Part shown: positions 10,631-20,471 of the stretch, one piece after another
Position numbering within the stretch: the stretch's first letter is position 1
How the letters are laid out: the number at the start of each line of letters is the position of its first letter
DNA from: Candidatus Eiseniibacteriota bacterium
GTDB lineage: Bacteria > Eisenbacteria > RBG-16-71-46 > CAIMUX01
DNA: 64,000 nt
Assembly: GCA_963833505.1 (NCBI GenBank)
Contig: CAWHYG010000005.1
Location: 318,918 to 382,917, forward strand
Reading direction: 5' to 3'
Notes under the pieces: generated by a model
Databases searched by the model: none
What the model saw: only the letters and a program-made list of their open reading frames with translations
What the model was told of the DNA's origin: nothing
Translations under genes and position numbers: made by a program

Positions 10631-13600
10631 CTATATCCCGAATCCCAGGAAGGCGCCGTCGGCCCCGTATCGCCGCTTCTCGATCAACTCCCCGGTGCGA
10701 CCATAGGAAGCGGTCCACCGCGCACACGGATTCCGGTTCCTGATCTCCTTGCCTTCGACGTACACCAATCGGCCCTCTAGGTCGAAGTAAGCCTCTTCGA
10801 TCTGGTTTCCCCGGAGGTCGTATTTCTTGTCCACCCGGGCGTTGCCGTCGATGTGGTTGATGGGATTCCCATCCCGATCGAAGTACTCCCGGCGGATCTG
10901 TCGCCCCCATCGATCATAGGTGTCCCGCCACATCCAGTATCCCCATTTCATGCGGGTCGGCTGTTCGTCTTCATCGAAGAAGCGCCGCTCGATCAGATGC
11001 CCCCGGGAATCGAAGCGCTCGCGCAGCTCGGCGAATCCCTCATCGCCGCGCATGGGATGACCGGTCCGGTCGCACAGGAGGATCCGGATCGGATTTCCAC
11101 AGTGATCGTATTCCCGCTTGATTCCGAAGACCTCCTGGTCGCTCTTGGTGGGCTCGTCGTCCACATCGAAGTAGCGGACTTCCAGCTCATTTCCGTAGGC
11201 GTCGACCGTCGAGCGGCTCACGGGAACGGCTCCGACGGGCGGACCGCCATAAAGCCCGAGTCTACGGAGCAAGGTCTGGTACCCGAGAGCGTTGTACCCC
11301 ATCTCCTCCGACGCGTCTCCATCGGTCGAAAGCGCGGGCAGACCCAGGGGGTCGAAGTAGTCGTTTCGGGTTTCGTCCCCCAGGCTGTCATGGCTGACCA
11401 TGACATAGGAGTAACGGCGCGGACCCGTGCAGGGAGAACCTTCGGCGTCGAGATAACGGATCGAAAGCAGGCTTCCAAACTCATTGTATTCGTACCACTG
11501 CATCGCCCCGGGAGAGGTCACCGGATTGTTCAGTGAATCCAGGTAGACACATCCCAGCTCGCGGCCTCCTTCATCGTAGACGGACCGGCGGGTCACGTAA
11601 TTCCCGGCCGTCACCACGGGATGCCCGGCGCTATCGCAGTAGGTGCGCTCGACCTCGTTGCCGGCTGGGTCATACCTGCACCGATAGAGCGCAGAGCCGT
11701 CCTGCAGGATGAACGGATGTCCGGCCTCATCATAGAAACGCTTCTCCTTGCAGTTGCCCAGAGAGTCGAACCGACAGCGTTCAATGGTGTAGCCCGCCGA
11801 GGTCGGAGCGGGAGCGCCGGTCGTGTCCAGAAACGCCACCTCGACCTCGTTCCCTTGCCCGTCATACCTGGACCGGGTGCCTGAGTGATTGTCCGTGGTC
11901 GTCGTGATCGCGCCGGCGGTGTCATGGTGGATCACCTGGACCTTGTTTCCGTGACGGTCGAACTTCGCGGTCCAGGAGAAATAGCCATTGCGGTTCAAGG
12001 TCGGCCGACCATCGAGGTCGTATTGAGCAGCCCCGGTCCGATTGCCGTAGCGGTCGTACTCGAACGTCCGTCGAAACCATCCGTCCCGGGTGAGGGTCGG
12101 TCGGTCCTGATCATCGTAGGCCGTTTCCCCCAGGACCCACCCCTCTTTCGGGCTGAGCTTGATCCGATAGCGCGCGTTTCCATATCGATCCACCATGGGA
12201 TTCCCCCTGGAATCGAGGGACAGGCAGCTGACCTCGCGGCCCAGGGCATCATATTCACGACTCTGGCCGTAGGCGTGGTCGGGGCCGGGGCGCGGATGGC
12301 CCCTCCGGTCCGTATAGTCCCGGCGGATCTCGCGTCCGAGCGAATCGTAGGTGAAGGCGATGTACTGCGCGGACGAGGTGATCTGGGCCTGGGGAAAACC
12401 GGACGGCCCGACGAAGGTGGCGCGGGCGTGGAAACGGTCGGTTCGGGGCGCATAGATCATCCCGGAAATCAGATGCCCGACGCGATTGTATTGCTTCTCG
12501 TAGACGACCCGGCCGTTGTCGTCATGGACGAACTCCCAATCACATTCGTTCAGGGCAGGGTTGTCCTGGTCGGCGGGTTCGCGAAGAAAGGACTTGAGAT
12601 CGTGATCCGTGGTCAGAGCGCCCGAGCCGTTGACGGCCTGAACCCGAGTCACGGGGTGTTTGCGACCGGCGCGCACGAAACGGTAGGTAAAGGCGCGATG
12701 GCTCGCCTCCTCGCGGCTGATGCGGTTGATCCCGCGGGGAAGACCCCACTGGTAGTCGAATCTGGTGTAGTACTCGACATGCACCCGACTGTAGGTGTCG
12801 TAGTACCACCAGGCGCCGGCCAGAACCGCCAGCAGCGCGACCCCGGCGATGAGGGTGGCATGAAGGACGCCGCGCCAGAAGGCTTCGCGCTGGCGGATCA
12901 CCTCGCTATCCGGCAGGTTGGCCGTGATCCAGGCTCGATCGAAGACCCGCCGGTAGATCGGGTTTCGCAGCAGGTGGACGCCGGCCACCACGCGGGTGAT
13001 CCCGGAGAGGCGGAGCGCGGAATGCGCCGGGTCGGCGTCGTCGTTCGGCACCCGTCTTCCGCGCAGCACCTTGGCATAGAGGTCGAGCACGGCGGCGCGA
13101 TCGACCTCGCTCCGAAGAAGCCGTTCGCGGACGAAGGTGAGGTTGTCGTCGCGCTCCCGAGCTTGGGACGAAAGAAAGTGGGTTCGGCAGACCCGGTCGA
13201 CCCCGGCGTCGCCGGACACGGCGGGGTCCTCGGCCACCGCCTGGCAGAGCTGTTGGGTGAGATAGGGATGACCGCCGGTCCAATGGTGGATCCGGCGGAG
13301 TATCGCCCGCGCCTCCCGGTGCGGGCGGCCCAGACCGGGGGCCAGGATCTCCATCTCTGCCGGCGTGAAATCGTCCAGCTCGATTCTCCGGCCGACGTTG
13401 AAGGGGGTGGTGCGGGAGTCGCGAATCAGGTCCGACGGCGTCGTAACGCCGATCAGGCAGAAGGTGAGCCGGGCCAGCGGAGGCTCGTCCGCGCGCCGGT
13501 TGTAGATCTCGCGGATGGCCGCGAAGAACTCGTCCACCGCGAAGGGCAGACTCCGGACATAATCGATCTCGTCGATGAAGATGGCGATCCGACCGTCGAG

Positions 13601-13993
13601 CCGGGGCAAAATGGTTTCGTGCAGCACGCGGGTCCACCGCTGCAGAGGCGGGAGATCGCTGCCCGAGGTCCAGGCCTCTTCGACCTCGGTCTCCAGGTCA
13701 AACTGACGCCCGAGCCGCGAGAGGATCCCTTCATACCACTGTTCGGGCGTGAGGTTCTGGCCCAGGGAGGTGAGATCGACCACGGCGACGGCTGTTCCTT
13801 CGCCGCGAAGCCGCGTGGCCACGCGAACCATGAGCGAGCTCTTGCCCGACTGGCGGCTCGTCAGGACGTGGCAAAGCTCCCCGTGGGCCAGGGCGTCGTG
13901 CAGGATCATGTCGGCCTGTCGCGCAACGTAGCATGGAGCGTCGCGCGCCAGGGTTCCGCCCAGGACATAGAACGGACGCGCAGCTTCCGTCAT
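10631..13993 (-). CDS. AAA_35 P-loop NTPase, single TM helix, and ectodomain of about 18 YD-like ~32-aa repeats
   Basis: ATG at 13993 overlaps the upstream stop (ATGA). GGTL..YVAR.AD, Walker A TSRQSGKSS, Walker B IFIDEID, PFNVG, TGGHPYLTQ. TM GVLHATLIAGVALLAVLAGAWWYY. Repeats YDxxGNxxxxxYxDxxGxP. Confidence 0.85.
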   Translation of the reverse strand: MTEAARPFYVLGGTLARDAPCYVARQADMILHDALAHGELCHVLTSRQSGKSSLMVRVATRLRGEGTAVAVVDLTSLGQNLTPEQWYEGILSRLGRQFDLETEVEEAWTSGSDLPPLQRWTRVLHETILPRLDGRIAIFIDEIDYVRSLPFAVDEFFAAIREIYNRRADEPPLARLTFCLIGVTTPSDLIRDSRTTPFNVGRRIELDDFTPAEMEILAPGLGRPHREARAILRRIHHWTGGHPYLTQQLCQAVAEDPAVSGDAGVDRVCRTHFLSSQARERDDNLTFVRERLLRSEVDRAAVLDLYAKVLRGRRVPNDDADPAHSALRLSGITRVVAGVHLLRNPIYRRVFDRAWITANLPDSEVIRQREAFWRGVLHATLIAGVALLAVLAGAWWYYDTYSRVHVEYYTRFDYQWGLPRGINRISREEASHRAFTYRFVRAGRKHPVTRVQAVNGSGALTTDHDLKSFLREPADQDNPALNECDWEFVHDDNGRVVYEKQYNRVGHLISGMIYAPRTDRFHARATFVGPSGFPQAQITSSAQYIAFTYDSLGREIRRDYTDRRGHPRPGPDHAYGQSREYDALGREVSCLSLDSRGNPMVDRYGNARYRIKLSPKEGWVLGETAYDDQDRPTLTRDGWFRRTFEYDRYGNRTGAAQYDLDGRPTLNRNGYFSWTAKFDRHGNKVQVIHHDTAGAITTTTDNHSGTRSRYDGQGNEVEVAFLDTTGAPAPTSAGYTIERCRFDSLGNCKEKRFYDEAGHPFILQDGSALYRCRYDPAGNEVERTYCDSAGHPVVTAGNYVTRRSVYDEGGRELGCVYLDSLNNPVTSPGAMQWYEYNEFGSLLSIRYLDAEGSPCTGPRRYSYVMVSHDSLGDETRNDYFDPLGLPALSTDGDASEEMGYNALGYQTLLRRLGLYGGPPVGAVPVSRSTVDAYGNELEVRYFDVDDEPTKSDQEVFGIKREYDHCGNPIRILLCDRTGHPMRGDEGFAELRERFDSRGHLIERRFFDEDEQPTRMKWGYWMWRDTYDRWGRQIRREYFDRDGNPINHIDGNARVDKKYDLRGNQIEEAYFDLEGRLVYVEGKEIRNRNPCARWTASYGRTGELIEKRRYGADGAFLGFGI

Positions 13994-16002
13994 GACAAGT
14001 GACTCCGTAAATACGAAGCATAGGCCCGGCATCGCAGCCGGGCGTGGTCCCGATCGTTGCCGAGGATCACGCCTGAGCTCCGCAGTCGGTAGAAACTGTC
14101 GAAATCCGGGCAGGAGGCGCCGCGCAACAAGGCTCGGACCGCATCGCAGAGCGATGCGTCCTTCACCAGGAGAACGAGCATCCTCCGGAGATGATCGCCC
14201 AGAGGTCCGTCGTCCCGATCCGCCACCGTTTCGAACTGATCCAGCTTGAGGCCTCGACTCGAGATCTCGTTCAGGCTTCGACGAACGAGATAGGGCTGTC
14301 CCCCCACGATGTCGTAGAGGCGCTCGACTTCTCCGGCCGAGAGCGGCGAGCCGTATCGCCCGTTCAGATCCGACACCTGGTCCAGGGTGAAATCATCCAG
14401 GGCGACCCGCGTTCCGACGTTGAACGGGGATTGGTTCGGATCGCTGATGAACAGGTACGCTTCGGTGGCATAGGCGATGGCCAGAGTCAACCTGGACCAG
14501 GGTCCGGAAGGATCCAGCGCCCGCTCATTGTGCCAGGTCCGGAAGAGCGCGAACACCTGGCTACCGAACGGGCAACTGAACAGCCGGTCCACCTCGTCCA
14601 TGGCCCAGACCAGATGCCGTTGGGCTTCGGCGAGCACATTCCGACGGATGAACCGCTCGAAATTGCTGTTCGGTCCCCGGGCGGGGGTCCATCCTTCCCT
14701 GGGAGAGACCTCGAGGTCGAGTTGATCGGCCATCAGCTCGCCGAGAGCGATCAGGAAATTCTCGTGGGTTTCAAGCTGGACATTGGTGAGCTTCTGGTAG
14801 TCGCTGAACACCACCCTGCATCCGGCTTCCCGCGCCGTCTTGAGGCCCCGGGCCAGAAGCGAGGTCTTGCCCATCTGGCGGGCGCCTTTGATGAGGATGG
14901 TCGCGTCTCCGCGAAGCAGGGCGGTGTGAAACTCCCCGTCGGGCGGCCGCACGACATAGAAGGCGGAGTCGAGCGGCACGGCTCCTCCGGCCGCCTCGAG
15001 CTTCTCCCGGCGGGGGGCGAAGGAGGCGGGCGCGTTCAAGGCCTCGAGGATGGCCGAGACCAGCTTCTCGTCGTTCTCCGATCCCTCCCAGAGGAAGTAC
15101 TGGAGGTGACCGAGGCAGTTCTCGAGTTCCGGAGGAAGCGGGCCTTCGAAACCGATGCGGACCGGAAGGACTTTCGGCTTCCCCCCGCGCTGTTGCGCCG
15201 CTTCATTGGCGACCTGGACCTCATAGGCCAGCATCTCGCTTTTCACGGCATCGGGGGAGAGGAGAACAACGACCGCGTCCGCTTGTTGAACCTCCTCGAC
15301 GATCTGTTTCGCCCATTCGGTTCCGACGCTCAGGTGTCGATCGATGAAGACCCGGTGACCGCTGACGCGGAGACGGTTCTCGATCAGCCCCAGGAGGCGT
15401 TCGTCCGGATCGCAGTTGCGCTTGTAGAGCAGGACGGTCCTCTGGCAGCCAGGAGCAGGCCCGGACGGAGCCGGTTGATGCTTCGCCGCACCTGCCGGTT
15501 CGGGGAGCGGAGATCGACCGGCAAGAGACGGCGGGGTGGACAATCCTGGCGCCGCCGGCGCCCCGGACCCGGGCTGGCCATCCCGGTCGCGAGCGGACGC
15601 GGCCAGCATGACTTCCAGAGCTGTGATCATGGGCTCCAGGTAATGGTCCAGGGGTCCCCCGAACGCATCCAGCCACTGGGGCAGCGAGACGAAGAACTCC
15701 AGCTCCTTGCACGGCTGAACGTCCTCGAGACGCAAGATCAGCATGGGTTTCTCGTGGTGAAACGCGCGTTCGACCTCGCTGTGGACGAACTTCGAGGCGT
15801 TCGAGGCGCGCGAAAGGAGCAACAGGAAGGCGCGGCAGCTTGGTATGGCGTCCACCAGGGCTACGGAGTACTTCGTTCCGGGTGAAACGTCCCGGGGGGC
15901 CATCCAGCAGTCGATGCCCCGCGACTCGAGCGCGGAACTGATCGCGAGCGCGAACTTCATGTCCTCAGGGTTCGCGTAACTGATGAATATGGTCTTTGCC
16001 AT
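13990..16002 (-). CDS. TIR-TIR-AAA_35 protein
   Basis: TIR1 IFISYA..D..CW..D..G..AI..LLS..S.FVHSEVERA; Pro/Ala linker; TIR2 VFIDRHLSVGTEW..ADAVVVLLS..SEMLAYEV; AAA_35 GGAVPLDS.FYV.R, GARQMGKTSL, MDEVD, SPFNVG, GGQPYLVR. Confidence 0.9.
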   Translation of the reverse strand: MAKTIFISYANPEDMKFALAISSALESRGIDCWMAPRDVSPGTKYSVALVDAIPSCRAFLLLLSRASNASKFVHSEVERAFHHEKPMLILRLEDVQPCKELEFFVSLPQWLDAFGGPLDHYLEPMITALEVMLAASARDRDGQPGSGAPAAPGLSTPPSLAGRSPLPEPAGAAKHQPAPSGPAPGCQRTVLLYKRNCDPDERLLGLIENRLRVSGHRVFIDRHLSVGTEWAKQIVEEVQQADAVVVLLSPDAVKSEMLAYEVQVANEAAQQRGGKPKVLPVRIGFEGPLPPELENCLGHLQYFLWEGSENDEKLVSAILEALNAPASFAPRREKLEAAGGAVPLDSAFYVVRPPDGEFHTALLRGDATILIKGARQMGKTSLLARGLKTAREAGCRVVFSDYQKLTNVQLETHENFLIALGELMADQLDLEVSPREGWTPARGPNSNFERFIRRNVLAEAQRHLVWAMDEVDRLFSCPFGSQVFALFRTWHNERALDPSGPWSRLTLAIAYATEAYLFISDPNQSPFNVGTRVALDDFTLDQVSDLNGRYGSPLSAGEVERLYDIVGGQPYLVRRSLNEISSRGLKLDQFETVADRDDGPLGDHLRRMLVLLVKDASLCDAVRALLRGASCPDFDSFYRLRSSGVILGNDRDHARLRCRAYASYLRSHLS

Positions 16003-16534
16003 GGAATCTATCGGGTGATTTCACACTCCGTCCGCATGGTCGACGCGTGGAAGCTATCGGCAGCCAGCATAGCGGCGCGGCCGGTTCGGCGCCATGTCTT
16101 TCTCGGTCCCGCCGGCCTGCGACCCGGTCTTCCGTGCGGCCTGGCCCTGAACCAGCACCCCTCCTCCATCCGGCCCGGGCCCTGGCCCACGCCGGCGCGT
16201 CCGGGAAGAGGCCGACCCCGGGTCGGTCGACGTCCAGATTCTGGTCAGGAGAGCTGTAAGGGCCTCAGCGATCGGTCCATCGGCTCCGTCCGGAACCGGC
16301 CCCGATTTCACGCGAGTCCGAACAGCCACGCTCCTTCAGGCAGGTTCAAACGCTGCCACGCGCGATCCTTCCGAGCACCGAGACGAACAACAGCGCCAGG
16401 ACGAGTTCGCTTCCGAGAGAAAGAAATGTGCAGTCTCGAAGCAGGACGGAGGGCGACGGCGAGACCGTCACGACGATCCCCGCCCGCCAATGGAGCTCCG
16501 GCCCCGCGCGTGGCGACCCGGACAGCCCCCTCGC

Positions 16535-17250
16535 TCAGTAAGTCGACTTTACGCGCCCCCAAGTCGACCTCTCCACTGGGACTGGACAGCAGAGGGTGTA
16601 GGCGTCGATCCCGATGGCTGCCGTCGGACCCCAAATGACGGAAACGTTGTTCCAGCCGGTCGGGTAACCGATTCCGGGGGCGATGTTCGTCCGAGGCATG
16701 CCGCCGAAGCCATTGAGGTCAGCGCCGATGAACCAGCCGGCCATCGCGCCCGGCCACTCACCCCAGTAACCCACGAAGAAGCCACCGTTGACCATCTGGT
16801 CCGACGTGTCGATGTCGGCCAGCGTGATGCTCGGCCAGATCGCGGGCGTAGAGACGCTCATGCCGTAGTCGACGTTGATGACGCTGGTCGGGTTGGTGCC
16901 GTCGGAGTTCCAATGTAGGCATCGGCCTTCTGACCGAAATACATGCCGGACTCGGTCGTGATGGCCCATTGCTGGCCGCACACGGTACCAATCGTGTTGT
17001 AGCCTTCCGCGAATGCGCCGTAGTACGGAGCCACTTGACCGCCGTACCACCAGGTGTAGCCGTTCTCATAGCTGCCGTCCGCATTCTGCAAAAGGGTGGC
17101 ACCTGGGCACGGGCTCGTTCTTCCTCGCTGCGGGGCGATGCCATGGCCCGGGCCGATTGACCCTCGCACCGATTTTGCCATCGTGGAATGCGCTCCCCCG
17201 CACACCAGCGTGAGACCGAGGAGGACAAGGATCGAGAATCGCGTCTTCAT
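16535..17250 (-). pseudogene. Small secreted protein with C-terminal PVERSTWGRVKSTY motif; 1-nt frameshift near 16912
   Basis: Signal peptide MKTRFSILVLLGLTLVCG after GGAGG. The two ORFs join as KADAYI|WNSDGTNP if one base is added at ATTGG. May be an assembly error. Confidence 0.7.
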
Positions 17251-17378
17251 ATTCGGACCTCCTTTTGCGCTTGGGAGCTACGTTTCCCGAGCGGATACGA
17301 TCTTACCATGATCCGGACGCATCATCAAGGGTTACGCGGACGTCGAGCCCAGACGGCGGGCCGCGGGCCCTCCGGTGA

Positions 17379-17756
17379 TCAGAGCTCCCATCCGAGCGCG
17401 AAAAAGGCGATCCATTGGGAAAGTCCGCTTACAGCGCCCTGAGACGCGACGAAATCGATCCGACCGGGGGAAGCTGCGGAAACGTGACCCAAGCCGATCT
17501 CGTCGCGAAGGTGCGGCGCGGGGTGGAACTCAAAGCCGACGTTCACGGCAAGGCCTCGCTCTCCCCGGACCGCCGTCTCGCGATACGTGTAGGAGACACG
17601 CCTTCCGGCAAGCTGGTAGTCCTCAGTGAGAAGCGATTCCCACCTGGACAGACAGAACACCGGGGCCAGGTCGAGGAACGGACGGGCGACCTCGGTTCCA
17701 GCCATCCAGGGATAGAACCGTGCTCCCGCGGACAGCGTGATGAAATCCGCGGTCAA
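17379..17756 (-). pseudogene. Possible C-terminal fragment of an outer-membrane beta-barrel protein
   Basis: Alternating beta-strand pattern (LSAGARFYP, VNVGFEFH, WIAFFALGWEL). In-frame stop directly upstream and no signal peptide. Confidence 0.3.
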
Positions 17757-17993
17757 TCAATCCTGGGCATCGGACGGGCTTTGATAATCCTGCTCGTCTC
17801 AGAAGCAATACGGAGCCACCCGGCAAGAGATTTGGATAATCTTTCTGTGCTTTCCGCACCTGCCGTTCGTTTATATTCCGTTCTCTGTTCCGGTTTAGGC
17901 GGTTCCATGGCGAAGTCTTGTTCGGCCGCCCGACGGAACCGTTTCCCTCAAATCGCAGAGTCGCTTCCCAGCACCCTATCGCGGAGGTTTTTC

Positions 17994-20471
17994 ATGCTGT
18001 GTTACCGAGGGATCGCGCGTGCCGGCCGGGCCCTGCCGGCGGTTCTCGCGATCGTCCTGCTCACGATTCTGCCAGGCCGGCCGGCTCTGGCCGCGGTTCC
18101 GAGACCCATGCTGACGGCGCCCTACCTCTCGTTCGATGTCGGCATGGCCCCCCAGGGGCTCGCGGTGGCCGACTTCAACGGAGACGGCGTGCCCGATGTC
18201 GCCCTGGCCGACCTGAACGGCAACACGATGACGGTGCTGCTCGGTAACGGCAACGGCACTCTGGGCTCCCGCACCGATCACCCGACCGGCAGTTATCCCA
18301 ACTACGTCGCGGCCGGGGATCTCAACGGCGACGGGCGGCCGGACGTGGTCGTGACCGACTATGGCAGTGACGCCGTGTCCGTCTTCCTGGGCAACGGTGA
18401 TGGCACGTTCTCTTCGGAGCATGAGTCCGCAGTGGGCACGAGCCCCTTTGGTGTGGTCATCGCCGATCTGAACGGGGATGGGCATCCGGACGTCGTGGTG
18501 GCCAATGGAGGCTCCGAGACCATGTCCGTGCTGCTCGGCAACGGCGATGGCACCTTCGCCCCGCAAACGGAGTACGCGACCGGCACCTACCCGAGCTCGG
18601 CGACCGTGGCCGACTTCAACTCCGACGGCATTCCCGACATCGCCGTGTCCGACTACTCCGATGGAACCATCTCCATCTTCTTCGGACACGGGGATGGGAC
18701 CTTTGCTCCGGCGACCAACATCGACGGCGGCGGCGAGCCTTGGTTCCTGGTCTCCGGCGATTTCAACGGCGACGGCAAGCCGGATCTGGCGGTGACCGAG
18801 GCCGGCGATGGCACGGTCGCGGTCATGCTCGGGCACGGCGACGGCACCTTCGCCGGCCGGGTCGAGTACGTCACGGGATCGGCGCCCTTCTCCGTGACCG
18901 TGACCGACGTCAACGGGGACGGCCACCCGGACCTGGTGGTGGGAGTCTGGAACGGCGCCGAGGTCGCGACTCTGTTGGGCCGCGGCGACGGCACCTTTGA
19001 TCCGGAACGGACATCCGCCTCGGGGGAGACTCCCGCGGCGGTCACCGCGGCGGACTTCAACAGCGATGGCAAGCTCGACCTGGTCATGACCGACCAGTAC
19101 ACCAACACTGTTTCCGTCCTCCTCGGGCACGGGGACGGATCCTTCGGCACGAACGCGGAGTTCTACGCCGGCCAGACGCCGGAGGCGATCGCCATCGGCG
19201 ACTTCAACCGGGACGCCCGTCCCGACCTGGCCACGGTTGACGCTGCCGCCGACTCGGCAATCGTGCTCCTCGGCGTGGGCAACGGCACCTTCGGTGGCCC
19301 CTCGTACAACGTGACCGGCGCCCGTCCGCGGGCGTTGGCCGTGGCCGACTTCAACGGCGACGGCAAGCTCGACCAGGTGGTAGCCAACTTCAGCTCCAAT
19401 ACCGTCTCGCTGCTGGCGGGCAACGGCGACGGCACTTTCTCCACGCACGTGGACAACGCGACCGGTGTGGGCCCGCGGGGCATCGCCGCGGGTGATCTCA
19501 ACGGGGACGGCAAGCCGGATTTGGCCGTGGCGGACATGGCCTCCAATACGGTTTCGATCCTGCTGAACAACGGCAGCGGCAGCTTCGCGCCCAAGGTCGA
19601 CTACGCCACCGGCGCCGGTCCCAGCGCCGTCGCGGCCGGCGACTTCAACGGCGACGGCAAGCTCGACCTCGCGGTGGCCGACTCGCTCTCGAACACCCTT
19701 TCGGTGCTGCTGGGCAACGGCAACGGGACCTTCCAGCCCAAGGTCGACTACGCCACCGGATCCGGTCCTTGCGCGGTGGTTGCCGGTGACTTCAACCGGG
19801 ACGGACACCTCGACCTGGCCGTGGCGTGCGCCGGATCGAACGCGGTTTCGATCCTGCTTGGCAGCGGCAACGGCACCTTCCAGCCCGAGGTCGAGTACGG
19901 CGTGAGCGCCGGGCCGCGCTCGATCGCTTGTGCCGACCTCGACGCCGACGGCGCGCTCGATCTGGTCGTGGCCAACTACGGATCCAAGTCGGTCACGGTG
20001 TTGTCGGGCAACGGCGACGGGACGTTCGGCGCCCGCTTGGACTATGGTGTGAACTACAACCCGGCCGGGGTCGCCATCGCCGACCTGGATGGAGACGGCA
20101 GGCCTGACTTGGCCGTGGCCAACGCCGGGGCCCACTCCGTCTCGGTGCTGCTGAACACCAGCCCGTCGGCGTCGGTAGCGGGCACCGCGCCGGCGGCGCG
20201 CAAGCTGACCGTGGCGCCGAACCCGTTCGCGGGAGCCGCGTCGCTCGAGTTCGAGGCGGCCGCGAACGCCCCGGTGACCCTGGAGATCTTCGACCTCTCC
20301 GGCCGGCTGACCCGCACGCTCGCCTCGGAAATGCGCCTCTCTGCCGGACCCCATTCGTTGATCTGGGACGGCCGCGACGCCGCGGGAGCAACAGTCGCCA
20401 ACGGGCTTTATGTCGCGCGTCTCTCCACGGGGGGACGGCAGGAGACGCGAAAGCTGATGCTGGCGAGATAG
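17994..20471 (+). CDS. Secreted FG-GAP/VCBS repeat protein with C-terminal FlgD-Ig/T9SS-like domain
   Basis: ATG at 17994 after CGGAGG; signal peptide; about 14 repeats of DFNGDGxxDLAV..VSVLLGNGDGTF; tail PNPF..IFDLSGRL..WDGRD..G..V.NGLY. Confidence 0.9.
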   Translation: MLCYRGIARAGRALPAVLAIVLLTILPGRPALAAVPRPMLTAPYLSFDVGMAPQGLAVADFNGDGVPDVALADLNGNTMTVLLGNGNGTLGSRTDHPTGSYPNYVAAGDLNGDGRPDVVVTDYGSDAVSVFLGNGDGTFSSEHESAVGTSPFGVVIADLNGDGHPDVVVANGGSETMSVLLGNGDGTFAPQTEYATGTYPSSATVADFNSDGIPDIAVSDYSDGTISIFFGHGDGTFAPATNIDGGGEPWFLVSGDFNGDGKPDLAVTEAGDGTVAVMLGHGDGTFAGRVEYVTGSAPFSVTVTDVNGDGHPDLVVGVWNGAEVATLLGRGDGTFDPERTSASGETPAAVTAADFNSDGKLDLVMTDQYTNTVSVLLGHGDGSFGTNAEFYAGQTPEAIAIGDFNRDARPDLATVDAAADSAIVLLGVGNGTFGGPSYNVTGARPRALAVADFNGDGKLDQVVANFSSNTVSLLAGNGDGTFSTHVDNATGVGPRGIAAGDLNGDGKPDLAVADMASNTVSILLNNGSGSFAPKVDYATGAGPSAVAAGDFNGDGKLDLAVADSLSNTLSVLLGNGNGTFQPKVDYATGSGPCAVVAGDFNRDGHLDLAVACAGSNAVSILLGSGNGTFQPEVEYGVSAGPRSIACADLDADGALDLVVANYGSKSVTVLSGNGDGTFGARLDYGVNYNPAGVAIADLDGDGRPDLAVANAGAHSVSVLLNTSPSASVAGTAPAARKLTVAPNPFAGAASLEFEAAANAPVTLEIFDLSGRLTRTLASEMRLSAGPHSLIWDGRDAAGATVANGLYVARLSTGGRQETRKLMLAR

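Noticed and set aside
8589-10910. 773-aa version of the SLOG-SLATT ORF
   Set aside because: The first 112 codons overlap the upstream gene and intergenic gap; ATG 10574 has a clear RBS.
10631-12400. Rhs/YD polymorphic toxin
   Set aside because: No Rhs core terminus, toxin tip or small immunity gene; the repeats follow an NTPase and a TM helix.
11885-14002. Long antisense ORFs (also 17976-20354, 21006-23402, 46558-48144, 58178-59917, 60005-61936)
   Set aside because: Shadow ORFs opposite well-supported genes, expected at high GC; no recognisable motifs.
16010-16530. Riboswitch or ncRNA upstream of the TIR operon
   Set aside because: Only short GC-rich hairpins; I could not recognise a conserved family motif. 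An Rfam scan would be needed.
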